Below, one piece after another: positions 45,796 through 56,256 of a stretch of 64,000 bases of DNA; the first letter of the stretch is position 1, and each line of letters opens with the position of its first letter. Below the pieces are notes generated by a model that was not told the origin of the DNA, made no database searches, and saw only the letters and a program-made list of their open reading frames with translations. Where the stretch lies: positions 96,001 to 160,000 of the forward strand of contig BK006935.2 of assembly GCA_000146045.2 (NCBI GenBank), written 5' to 3'. This DNA is from TPA_inf: Saccharomyces (taxonomy: Eukaryota). The position numbers were made by a program, and so were the translations under genes.

Positions 45796-46173
45796 AGTTT
45801 ACAACAATCCACAAGAACGAAAATGCCGTTGACAATGATGAAACCATCATCCACACACCGCGCACACGTGCTTTATTTCTTTTTCTGAATTTTTTTTTTC
45901 CGCCATTTTCAACCAAGGAAATTTTTTTTCTTAGGGCTCAGAACCTGCAGGTGAAGAAGCGCTTTAGAAATCAAAGCACAACGTAACAATTTGTCGACAA
46001 CCGAGCCTTTGAAGAAAAAATTTTTCACATTGTCGCCTCTAAATAAATAGTTTAAGGTTATCTACCCACTATATTTAGTTGGTTCTTTTTTTTTTCCTTC
46101 TACTCTTTATCTTTTTACCTCATGCTTTCTACCTTTCAGCACTGAAGAGTCCAACCGAATATATACACACATA

Positions 46174-46253
46174 ATGGCATCCACCGATTTCTCCAAGATT
46201 GAAACTTTGAAACAATTAAACGCTTCTTTGGCTGACAAGTCATACATTGAAGG
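46174..46253 (+). CDS. EFB1: Translation elongation factor 1-beta, exon 1 (MASTDFSKIETLKQLNASLADKSYIEG, last codon split)
   Basis: ATG at 46174. The exon ends before GTATGT at 46254. Joins in frame to exon 2, giving the 206-aa eEF1B-alpha protein. Confidence 0.9.
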
Positions 46254-46619
46254 GTATGTTCCGATTTAGTTTACTTTATAGATCGTTGTTTTTCTTTCTT
46301 TTTTTTTTTTCCTATGGTTACATGTAAAGGGAAGTTAACTAATAATGATTACTTTTTTTCGCTTATGTGAATGATGAATTTAATTCTTTGGTCCGTGTTT
46401 ATGATGGGAAGTAAGACCCCCGATATGAGTGACAAAAGAGATGTGGTTGACTATCACAGTATCTGACGATAGCACAGAGCAGAGTATCATTATTAGTTAT
46501 CTGTTATTTTTTTTTCCTTTTTTGTTCAAAAAAAGAAAGACAGAGTCTAAAGATTGCATTACAAGAAAAAAGTTCTCATTACTAACAAGCAAAATGTTTT
46601 GTTTCTCCTTTTAAAATAG
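46254..46619 (+). other. EFB1 intron (366 nt): 5'ss GTATGT, branch point TACTAAC at 46580-46586, 3'ss AG at 46618-46619
   Basis: Canonical yeast splice signals read directly. Hosts snR18. Confidence 0.9.
46367..46468 (+). ncRNA. snR18: Intron-encoded box C/D snoRNA U18
   Basis: C box ATGATGA at 46371-46377 and D box CTGA at 46463-46466, inside the EFB1 intron. Short complementary termini (GCTTATGTGAATGATGA ... CTGACGATAGC). Exact ends are from my recollection of snR18 (about 102 nt). Confidence 0.75.
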
Positions 46620-47160
46620 TACTGCTGTTTCTCAAGCTGACGTCACTGTCTTCAAGGCTTTCCAATCTGCTTACCCAGAATTCTCCAGATGGTTCAACCA
46701 CATCGCTTCCAAGGCCGATGAATTCGACTCTTTCCCAGCTGCCTCTGCTGCCGCTGCCGAAGAAGAAGAAGATGACGATGTCGATTTATTCGGTTCCGAC
46801 GATGAAGAAGCTGACGCTGAAGCTGAAAAGTTGAAGGCTGAAAGAATTGCCGCATACAACGCTAAGAAGGCTGCTAAGCCAGCTAAGCCAGCTGCTAAGT
46901 CCATTGTCACTCTAGATGTCAAGCCATGGGATGATGAAACCAATTTGGAAGAAATGGTTGCTAACGTCAAGGCCATCGAAATGGAAGGTTTGACCTGGGG
47001 TGCTCACCAATTTATCCCAATTGGTTTCGGTATCAAGAAGTTGCAAATTAACTGTGTTGTCGAAGATGACAAGGTTTCCTTGGATGACTTGCAACAAAGC
47101 ATTGAAGAAGACGAAGACCACGTCCAATCTACCGATATTGCTGCTATGCAAAAATTATAA
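46620..47160 (+). CDS. EFB1: Translation elongation factor 1-beta, exon 2
   Basis: Continues [21 protein letters not shown] ... DIAAMQKL to the TAA at 47158-47160. The track's 109-aa ORF at 46831..47160 is its C-terminal part. Confidence 0.92.
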
Positions 47161-47706
47161 AAGGCTTTTTTATAAACTTTTTATAATTAACATTAAAGCA
47201 AAAACAACATTGTAAAGATTAACAAATAAATGAAAAAAACAACGAAATAACTTAGGTTTTAGGCTAAAAAAAACAGAAGGAATTTTGAACGATAAACTTT
47301 TCGACTGCACACGAAACATTATTACTAATTTGTGTAACCACTATATAAGGAATCGTGTTTATTAATTGAATTTATTCCGGGAATATTCAAGTTATGTATA
47401 TCTCTTTTCATATTCTTAAATACACATACTCATAATATCTTGTCGAAAATACGCGGTGTAGGGAGTTATGGTGGATAACTTTTTCACGATTAGAAGAAAA
47501 GGAAAATTTCATTATTCGTAGCTTAACATGGCAAAAACGAGAAAGACATATAATCAAAACGTGAGTTTCCTGTGGAAAAAAAAAAAAGGGAACCTCTGGT
47601 TACGATGATATACCTGCGTGAAAAAGGACAGTTATTACCAATACATACAAAGGCTTAATAAGTGTAAAATATATATCTGCCGAGACCATTACTCATTACA
47701 CCTAGA

Positions 47707-50700
47707 ATGGAGCAAAATGGCCTTGACCACGACAGCAGATCTAGCATCGATACGACTATTAATGACACTCAAAAGACTTTCCTAGAATTTAGATCGTATA
47801 CCCAATTAAGTGAAAAACTGGCATCTAGTTCTTCATATACGGCACCTCCCCTGAACGAAGATGGTCCTAAAGGGGTAGCTTCTGCAGTGTCACAAGGCTC
47901 CGAATCCGTAGTCTCATGGACAACTTTAACACACGTATATTCCATCCTGGGTGCTTATGGAGGGCCCACGTGCTTGTATCCGACAGCCACGTATTTTTTG
48001 ATGGGCACTTCTAAAGGATGCGTACTCATTTTTAATTATAATGAACATTTGCAGACAATCCTAGTGCCGACCTTATCTGAGGACCCTTCTATTCACTCAA
48101 TAAGAAGTCCAGTGAAATCAATTGTCATATGTTCCGATGGTACTCATGTAGCTGCCTCATACGAGACCGGAAATATATGCATTTGGAACTTGAACGTAGG
48201 GTATAGAGTGAAACCCACTTCTGAACCAACAAATGGTATGACCCCAACGCCTGCCTTACCGGCAGTCTTACACATCGATGACCATGTGAACAAGGAAATC
48301 ACAGGGTTAGACTTTTTTGGTGCTCGGCATACAGCCCTGATTGTTAGTGATAGGACAGGTAAAGTATCACTCTATAACGGTTACAGAAGAGGCTTTTGGC
48401 AGTTGGTGTATAATTCAAAAAAAATTTTAGATGTGAACTCTTCCAAGGAGAAATTAATAAGGTCAAAGTTGTCTCCACTAATATCACGGGAGAAAATTTC
48501 CACTAATTTGTTGAGTGTACTCACAACTACACATTTTGCCCTTATTTTATTATCGCCACACGTTTCTTTGATGTTTCAAGAAACTGTTGAACCCTCAGTA
48601 CAAAATTCTCTAGTCGTGAATAGCTCTATTTCATGGACTCAAAACTGTTCCAGGGTTGCTTATTCCGTAAATAATAAAATTTCTGTTATTTCCATATCTT
48701 CATCAGACTTCAATGTTCAGTCCGCTAGCCATTCTCCTGAATTTGCAGAATCTATATTATCCATTCAATGGATTGACCAGCTCCTACTTGGTGTTTTAAC
48801 CATATCGCACCAATTTTTGGTATTGCACCCCCAACATGACTTCAAGATCCTGTTAAGATTGGATTTTCTGATTCACGATTTGATGATCCCACCTAATAAA
48901 TATTTTGTAATAAGTAGAAGAAGTTTCTACCTGTTAACAAACTACTCATTTAAAATTGGCAAATTTGTGTCTTGGTCAGATATTACTTTAAGACATATTT
49001 TGAAAGGCGACTACTTGGGTGCATTGGAGTTCATAGAATCACTTTTGCAACCTTACTGTCCACTGGCAAACTTGTTGAAGCTAGATAATAATACGGAAGA
49101 GAGGACTAAGCAACTTATGGAACCATTTTACAATCTGTCCTTGGCTGCCCTAAGGTTTCTTATAAAAAAAGATAATGCCGACTACAATAGGGTTTACCAA
49201 TTATTAATGGTAGTTGTTCGTGTTTTGCAGCAATCTTCCAAAAAACTAGACTCAATTCCTTCTCTAGACGTCTTTTTGGAACAGGGTCTGGAGTTCTTTG
49301 AATTGAAGGACAACGCGGTATATTTTGAAGTTGTAGCAAATATTGTTGCCCAAGGATCAGTTACGTCAATTTCCCCAGTTCTTTTCAGGTCCATAATTGA
49401 TTACTATGCTAAGGAGGAGAATTTAAAAGTAATTGAAGACTTAATCATCATGTTAAATCCTACTACGCTTGATGTTGATCTTGCCGTCAAACTATGCCAA
49501 AAGTATAATTTGTTCGATTTATTAATATATATTTGGAACAAGATCTTTGATGATTATCAAACCCCAGTGGTGGACTTGATATACAGGATTTCTAACCAAA
49601 GTGAAAAATGTGTGATCTTCAATGGTCCTCAAGTACCTCCTGAAACGACTATATTTGATTACGTAACGTATATCCTTACTGGCAGGCAATATCCACAAAA
49701 CTTGTCTATATCACCAAGTGATAAATGCTCCAAAATACAAAGGGAACTTTCAGCATTTATTTTTAGTGGCTTCTCCATAAAATGGCCGTCGAACAGCAAT
49801 CATAAACTTTACATATGCGAAAATCCAGAAGAAGAGCCAGCATTTCCTTACTTTCACCTTTTATTGAAATCGAATCCGAGTAGGTTCTTAGCAATGCTCA
49901 ATGAAGTGTTTGAAGCGTCCTTGTTTAACGATGACAATGACATGGTTGCATCAGTTGGAGAAGCAGAATTGGTAAGTAGGCAATATGTTATTGATCTACT
50001 ATTGGATGCTATGAAAGATACGGGAAATTCAGACAACATCAGGGTACTTGTTGCAATTTTCATTGCAACTAGTATATCAAAATATCCTCAATTTATTAAA
50101 GTGTCTAACCAAGCCCTCGACTGCGTTGTTAATACCATATGCTCCTCTAGGGTTCAAGGTATATATGAAATTTCTCAAATAGCTCTGGAGTCGCTTTTAC
50201 CCTATTATCATTCAAGAACAACAGAAAATTTTATACTGGAACTAAAAGAAAAAAATTTCAATAAAGTTCTTTTCCATATCTATAAAAGTGAAAATAAGTA
50301 CGCCAGTGCGCTTTCACTTATTTTAGAAACTAAGGACATCGAAAAAGAATATAACACGGACATTGTATCCATAACCGACTACATACTCAAAAAATGCCCA
50401 CCTGGAAGTTTAGAATGTGGCAAAGTTACTGAAGTTATCGAGACGAACTTTGATCTTCTTCTCTCAAGGATCGGTATCGAAAAATGCGTCACAATTTTTT
50501 CTGACTTTGACTATAATCTTCATCAAGAAATCCTGGAAGTAAAGAATGAGGAGACTCAGCAAAAGTATTTGGATAAGCTTTTTTCTACGCCAAATATCAA
50601 CAATAAGGTCGATAAGCGTTTAAGAAATTTACACATCGAATTGAACTGTAAATACAAGAGCAAAAGGGAAATGATTCTTTGGCTTAATGGTACAGTTCTC

Positions 50701-51531
50701 AGCAACGCTGAGAGCTTACAAATTCTGGACTTATTGAATCAAGACTCTAATTTTGAAGCTGCAGCTATAATTCACGAACGCTTGGAAAGTTTTAACCTAG
50801 CAGTCAGGGATTTATTAAGTTTTATTGAACAATGTCTAAATGAAGGGAAAACAAATATATCTACTTTATTGGAATCTTTGAGGAGGGCCTTTGATGATTG
50901 TAATTCTGCTGGTACCGAGAAAAAATCGTGTTGGATATTATTGATTACATTCCTGATCACTCTATATGGGAAATATCCTTCACACGATGAAAGGAAAGAT
51001 TTATGTAATAAACTACTTCAAGAAGCATTTTTGGGATTGGTTAGGTCCAAGAGTTCCTCTCAGAAGGATTCAGGTGGGGAATTCTGGGAAATAATGTCTT
51101 CTGTTCTTGAGCACCAAGACGTTATTTTAATGAAAGTTCAGGATTTAAAGCAACTGCTACTGAATGTTTTTAATACTTATAAATTGGAAAGATCTCTTTC
51201 TGAGTTGATTCAAAAGATTATAGAGGATTCTTCGCAAGATCTTGTTCAACAGTATAGAAAATTTCTGAGTGAAGGGTGGTCTATACACACCGACGACTGC
51301 GAAATCTGCGGGAAAAAAATATGGGGAGCTGGTCTGGACCCATTACTTTTTCTAGCTTGGGAAAATGTACAGCGCCACCAAGATATGATTAGTGTAGATC
51401 TCAAAACTCCCCTTGTCATATTCAAATGTCACCATGGCTTTCACCAGACTTGCCTCGAAAACTTGGCCCAGAAACCCGATGAATATTCTTGTTTAATTTG
51501 CCAGACGGAATCTAACCCAAAAATAGTATAA
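47707..51531 (+). CDS. VPS8: CORVET complex subunit with C-terminal RING-H2 finger
   Basis: 1274-aa ORF. C-terminal CEICGKKIW...CHHGFHQTCL...CLIC RING motif. Confidence 0.94.
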   Translation: MEQNGLDHDSRSSIDTTINDTQKTFLEFRSYTQLSEKLASSSSYTAPPLNEDGPKGVASAVSQGSESVVSWTTLTHVYSILGAYGGPTCLYPTATYFLMGTSKGCVLIFNYNEHLQTILVPTLSEDPSIHSIRSPVKSIVICSDGTHVAASYETGNICIWNLNVGYRVKPTSEPTNGMTPTPALPAVLHIDDHVNKEITGLDFFGARHTALIVSDRTGKVSLYNGYRRGFWQLVYNSKKILDVNSSKEKLIRSKLSPLISREKISTNLLSVLTTTHFALILLSPHVSLMFQETVEPSVQNSLVVNSSISWTQNCSRVAYSVNNKISVISISSSDFNVQSASHSPEFAESILSIQWIDQLLLGVLTISHQFLVLHPQHDFKILLRLDFLIHDLMIPPNKYFVISRRSFYLLTNYSFKIGKFVSWSDITLRHILKGDYLGALEFIESLLQPYCPLANLLKLDNNTEERTKQLMEPFYNLSLAALRFLIKKDNADYNRVYQLLMVVVRVLQQSSKKLDSIPSLDVFLEQGLEFFELKDNAVYFEVVANIVAQGSVTSISPVLFRSIIDYYAKEENLKVIEDLIIMLNPTTLDVDLAVKLCQKYNLFDLLIYIWNKIFDDYQTPVVDLIYRISNQSEKCVIFNGPQVPPETTIFDYVTYILTGRQYPQNLSISPSDKCSKIQRELSAFIFSGFSIKWPSNSNHKLYICENPEEEPAFPYFHLLLKSNPSRFLAMLNEVFEASLFNDDNDMVASVGEAELVSRQYVIDLLLDAMKDTGNSDNIRVLVAIFIATSISKYPQFIKVSNQALDCVVNTICSSRVQGIYEISQIALESLLPYYHSRTTENFILELKEKNFNKVLFHIYKSENKYASALSLILETKDIEKEYNTDIVSITDYILKKCPPGSLECGKVTEVIETNFDLLLSRIGIEKCVTIFSDFDYNLHQEILEVKNEETQQKYLDKLFSTPNINNKVDKRLRNLHIELNCKYKSKREMILWLNGTVLSNAESLQILDLLNQDSNFEAAAIIHERLESFNLAVRDLLSFIEQCLNEGKTNISTLLESLRRAFDDCNSAGTEKKSCWILLITFLITLYGKYPSHDERKDLCNKLLQEAFLGLVRSKSSSQKDSGGEFWEIMSSVLEHQDVILMKVQDLKQLLLNVFNTYKLERSLSELIQKIIEDSSQDLVQQYRKFLSEGWSIHTDDCEICGKKIWGAGLDPLLFLAWENVQRHQDMISVDLKTPLVIFKCHHGFHQTCLENLAQKPDEYSCLICQTESNPKIV

Positions 51532-51593
51532 CATTTCTAAATATTTAATACAACTTTGGTTACATAAAAGTAAAATTTATACACCTCATTTCA

Positions 51594-54500
51594 TTATGTA
51601 GATTCATATATAGAATACCAATTATGATTGACCCAATAGCCATCAAAATCAGTAGTTATTAATACTTGTCTTTCTAGGAGCCATTTGCATATTTCTGATA
51701 TTTCATGAAGCGAAAGTACTTCACGACACCTAGATTGCAATCTACTCAATGTTATCCCTGGATGAAATATTATTTCGTTAACGACCATAGTAACTACCTG
51801 CTTCCATATGTTTGGCCTAATGGAACCAGATCCATTCACCCATAAACGAGAAAATGGTTTGCCCAGTGGAACTTTGACAGCAGACTTCCTTGCTGTATTC
51901 AATTTTGTCTGAGAATTGGCATATATAATCAGAGGGGGAGTTAATGTTCGTATTTCAAATCTCCTTGAAGTATACGTTAAAGGTCGAACATTTCTCACCA
52001 TTGGAATTACATCCATATTCAATAGCTCTCCCGAAATCAAATCAATTAAAACCCAAGAGGATATATCGGACGGCTCTTGATTGATAACAATAGCGTTTCC
52101 GGCCTCCAATAATTCATTAACCTTACATCTATACTGAAAAGCTACACCAAAATCTTTATAATTTCCTCTATTTTCCAAAATGTCTGGTAAAGTATCAGTA
52201 CATTCAAGTTTTGAGCCATGGAGATAAATTTGCTTTTCCTTAGCCATATCCATGATGACGTTATCTATTGATTCGTTTCCAACGTTCTTCAACGCCTCTA
52301 TTTCATTTCTAGTGGTCGAAGGACTTTCTATTAATATGGACCGGATCACTGTGCGAATATAATCGTCGCTTTGACTCTTCGATAAGTCCTTAGTAGAAGC
52401 GGAAATCTTTCTAGTGTAAGTTTTTTTTAAAGAAGAGATCTCTCTTTGAATCATAGAAGACATGGCCAGATCGTTGCCAGAATGTGTAAGTGTGTCATCA
52501 CGTACCAGAGTAAATTTTTTTCTATTCTCTTCGTAGTTCTTATAAAGAAAGAGCGGCCTTTTTATTTCCTTTTCATCAAAAGAGGTCCAAATATCAAGCA
52601 ATTTGATAAGATCTAGTTCTTCAACATCCCTCAGTGAAATCTTTTCACTTTTAATGGCTAGAACGAGCATTTTTTTCCACTTATCGACATATGCCCTCCA
52701 ACCACTATGACCCATTCTTACTCGCCGTGCCGTCCATTTCTTTTTTAGGTTATCTAAAGAATTATTAGGAAATAATTTTGTTATTTTGTCCCACATTATT
52801 TCATTTTTAATACTTTTAGTAACTACAACAGCTCTGATTAAAGCCTGAACACCATCTTTAGTGCCTGCATGATAGACAGTTTTGTCTTCTTTAGTATTTT
52901 CCACGACCACCGTTGTCCTACCAGCAGACACTTTTTTGTCTCTCCTTTTGATCTTTCCATCTGATACGTTGACCGACGTACTCTTCTTAGAGATAGCGTC
53001 ATCTGAAGCTTTGATCTTAGCATTCTTTTGGCGGTTCTGAAACTTACGAATTCTTTCAACTGATTTCTTTCCTCTGTGAAACCTATTTTTTTCCGTTTGG
53101 TCAAAGAAGTATATTTCCGTATCATGTATAACATCAGTAAAGGTTGCTTTTTTACTATCTTTTTCTTTCAGGATGTACCTTTGGATAGCGTCCTCTCCAA
53201 CAGTGGGCAAAAAAATAATTTTTCTTCCTGATACAGGCTCTGTTCTGGCTCCTAATTTTTCGCTTTCTACCATCAAATCAACATCACCACGGACAGTCTT
53301 TTTATCTAATGTCGTTGTGGAGCCCATATATTTAGAAACGCTTTCGTAAAATTGTTCTCTCAGGTATGCTACCCCACCAATCGTATTCATAACTTTCAAA
53401 ATGGCTCTCTGTCTCTGTAGTGAACGCAAAGAGCGGGCAGAAAAGCCGCCGAAGTTAACCACCTTGCCTTTGACAACAGTGCCTCCGTTTGAACTTGGAC
53501 TATCTTCAGCAGATTTCGGCTCCTGTGCAGTGCTGACATGCTGCTCTAGCTTAATCCTTTTGGGATTCGAAATGTTTCCTGCAACAGAAGCATTAGTACT
53601 GTTTTTAACCTGCCTCTTCCGTTTGTTTTTATTCGGAGTTTTTTTTGAGTTTGGGGGAATTTTTAATTCACCGTGCCAGAAGAATATATCCTGTCCATCG
53701 CTGTCCGTTGTAAATCTAACAGTGTTGTTGAGTGCGACGAAATTATCCTCGTTGAGAGTTTTCAAATCGGTACGAGATTTGCCTAGCTCATCAAACCCTT
53801 TTGGAACGGATATTTCGTCTTCCGCATTTGTTAACTTTTGAAAGTTCTGAGCTGTGAACAGCCTAAAAAACTTCTTCTTTCCCTCAAAATCGTATATGCG
53901 AAAAAGCCTATACCCCCCTGTATTTTCTTTTTGCTTATCCACACTTTCTAAATAATATTCGCTTGATTTGGTAAAAGCTCGCTGAAATTCTTTTCCGGTA
54001 ATTCGATTTACAACATCCATAGTTGAAATTCCTTTAAGGCCAGACTTATCTGCAATGTCATAAGTCTGATTTTGAAGTGGATAAAATCGATTAAGAAGAA
54101 CTTCATTCTTTACAGCATCCTCTTTCTCTTCCATAACAAGGCCTTGATTTTGTAATAAATCAGTCGCATTGAAATTATCTAAACCTTCGACTAAGTCTTC
54201 ATCTTCGAAAGCTGCCTTGCTATCTGATACAGAATCTTCATCCGCGCTATTGCTATCATACTCAAATGAAGGCGAGCCTTTAGAGTCTGGAATATCTTTC
54301 ACGTATTTTACACATCTGATTTTAATGGCAGGATTCTTGGGTGATACTACAAGCACTTTCTTTAAGTACTCCTTTTCATCTAACCATGCAATAGCTGCAA
54401 TAAAAGCTTTAGAAAGTCTTTTCTCTTTGTCAAATTTCAATTCACGCTTTAAATCAATTATCTGGCGAATACCATTTTTTGATCGTTTTACCACCTCAAC

Positions 54501-55006
54501 TATTGTTGCTAAATGATCCCTAATATTAATATAGGGATTACTATCCACCCCGTCATGGCTGAATTTTTTTAGCTTCAATTGCTTCACGACGTGTCCCTTA
54601 TAAATCAGTTGTGAACTTGTTAACAGGTGGTTTATTTTCTTGATACGTCCAGTCACACTTCTAGGATCTTGCCCAGTTACCTGCGCCAAATCCATAGTAT
54701 TGATCCCTTTTTCTCCTGATTTGGCAACTTCGAGAAGTAGTTCAAATGCAGAATTTCCAATAGTTGACTCCTTTTTTGTGTATCCCGTTAATAATGTCCA
54801 TAGGCTGTCCTCAGTAATCCCAACCGAGTATGAATGATTAGCGTCGCCTATAATATCAGTCACATTTTTAGTTGTTATAGCACCATCACAATACACCTCA
54901 ATGTCCTTTTTCAATATCACGCATGAAAGCACGAACTGTTTAACTTTTTTATCAGACAAATCAAAATATTTACCAGATATATCCCACAGCTGATTCAAAG
55001 TGATTT
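51594..55006 (-). CDS. TFC3: TFIIIC tau138 subunit, exon 2
   Basis: Large minus-strand open frame. The track ORF starts at internal Met MNQLWDISGK. Upstream in-frame codons KITL follow the 3' splice site AG at 55007-55008. Confidence 0.88.
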
Positions 55007-55096
55007 CTTCAATGTGTCGTTAGTAAATAATCTTTCACAATATAGTACGTTTATCACCTAAACGGAGCCGAAAAGGAGAATGAGACATGAACATAC
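55007..55096 (-). other. TFC3 intron (90 nt): GTATGT 5'ss, TACTAAC branch point (complement of 55018-55024), AG 3'ss
   Basis: Reverse complement of 55007-55096 reads gtatgttcatg...tttactaacgacacattgaag. Confidence 0.85.
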
Positions 55097-55166
55097 TTCC
55101 CTTATTTGAAGCAATTTTATCAGACACTATTTGTACGAGTTCGTCAGGATAAATCGTCAGTACCAT
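55097..55166 (-). CDS. TFC3: TFIIIC tau138 subunit, exon 1 (MVLTIYPDELVQIVSDKIASNKG + 1 nt)
   Basis: The reverse complement of 55097-55166 begins ATGGTACTGACGATTTATCCTGACGAACTCGTACAAATAGTG... and ends ...AAGGGAA|GTATGT. Splicing gives a total CDS of 3483 nt, which is 1160 aa. Confidence 0.85.
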
Positions 55167-55464
55167 TTTTCTTGTGGCTAGTTGGCTTCAACCAAACGTC
55201 CTCTTCTCTCTTATGGCAAGAAGAAAGTTATATGTGTGACTGGTTGTTTATTTCACTTTCGCGACTGAAAGCGCCGCCCTTTATGATGCAAAAAACCAAG
55301 CGGTATTTGAAAATGCAGATTTGCAGAAATAAAAGAAATAAAAATAAAAATCTTATAATTTTACCAGCTTCAATAACTCGATTTGCATAAGTGTGCCTTA
55401 GTATGCTTATTATATTGACTTTGACATTGAACTTCAAAACCTTTTATGTAATGATTTAAGTCTT

Positions 55465-55582
55465 GTCACATGACATAATAATAAATAATTTTAAAAATAT
55501 AAAATATTTTTAATAGTTTTTAAATATTTTACAGTTTATTTTTTAAATTTATTTATATGTTTTTGTTTTCCGAAGCAGTCAA
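55465..55582. other. CEN1: Point centromere CEN1 (CDEI-CDEII-CDEIII)
   Basis: CDEI GTCACATG at 55465-55472. A 75-bp, roughly 90% A+T CDEII follows. CDEIII TGTTTTTGTTTTCCGAAGCAGTCAAA starts at 55548 and contains the invariant CCG. The right boundary is from my recollection of the 118-bp CEN1. Confidence 0.92.
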
Positions 55583-56105
55583 AGTATTTTAATTTTCGGA
55601 GCTTTCATTTCAAGCGCCTTTTTTTTACACATAATACGATCAAGATAAATTATTATAGTGGTACAGAACTCTTAAGCACTAGGCGGTGGACCTTATTAGC
55701 TCAATCTTGAGTCAGTCCATGTATCGTTTTATAATACTTTTTTAAGCACTTTCTTTAATAAATATTCCATTGAAGTACTGTTACTGAAATGAGATGAACT
55801 GTTCAGAATGTAGAAATGGCGCCAGAAATCAATCATTGTTTAGCAAAAACACCTTTCGTCTGCTGCCTCGGGTGTTTTTTCAAATTATTTCAGCAGGTAA
55901 ATTAAGATAGTTATTCGAGTGATTGCCAAATATCATGTTCTACTTCGAAGACTTATAGCTAATTAATTTTTTCATAATGAAGGTGTCGTTAATTGTTCTG
56001 ATTAGTAACATGAAACTCAAAAATCATCAAAAAAAGAAAAGCTAAATGTATACTTTTTTGTCTACATTAGTTACCTTTTATTACATGAGAAAGTTATTTT
56101 TCTTC

Positions 56106-56124
56106 TTTTTTTTTTTTTTTTTTT
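56106..56124. repeat. T19 homopolymer in the NUP60 promoter
   Basis: Read directly. Confidence 0.95.
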
Positions 56125-56256
56125 GAAACTTTTTCCTCTCGGAAAATAAAAGATATATTTACAAGTGAAAGCTTATTGTAATGTGTACTTTTAAACATCA
56201 AATAACAGACCTTTACATCAAATAAGCACCGCAAGATATCCTAAAATCGACATCCA

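Noticed and set aside
45848-45872. Rap1 site in the EFB1 promoter (ccacacaccgcgcacacgtg)
   Set aside because: It resembles the ACACCC-rich Rap1 motif but does not match ACACCCRYACAYM well. The embedded CACGTG is more convincingly a Cbf1/Pho4-type E-box. Noted only within the SSA1/EFB1 finding.
51398-51717. ARS in the VPS8/TFC3 convergent gap (possible ARS108)
   Set aside because: Only 10/11 ACS near-matches were found (for example within aaagtaaaattta at about 51567-51579). I am unsure of the ARS108 position from memory, so it is not called.
55106-55437. 94-aa and 69-aa ORFs between TFC3 and CEN1
   Set aside because: They overlap TFC3 exon 1 and the promoter on the wrong strand and are AT-rich. 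Explained by the TFC3 5' exon/intron structure instead.
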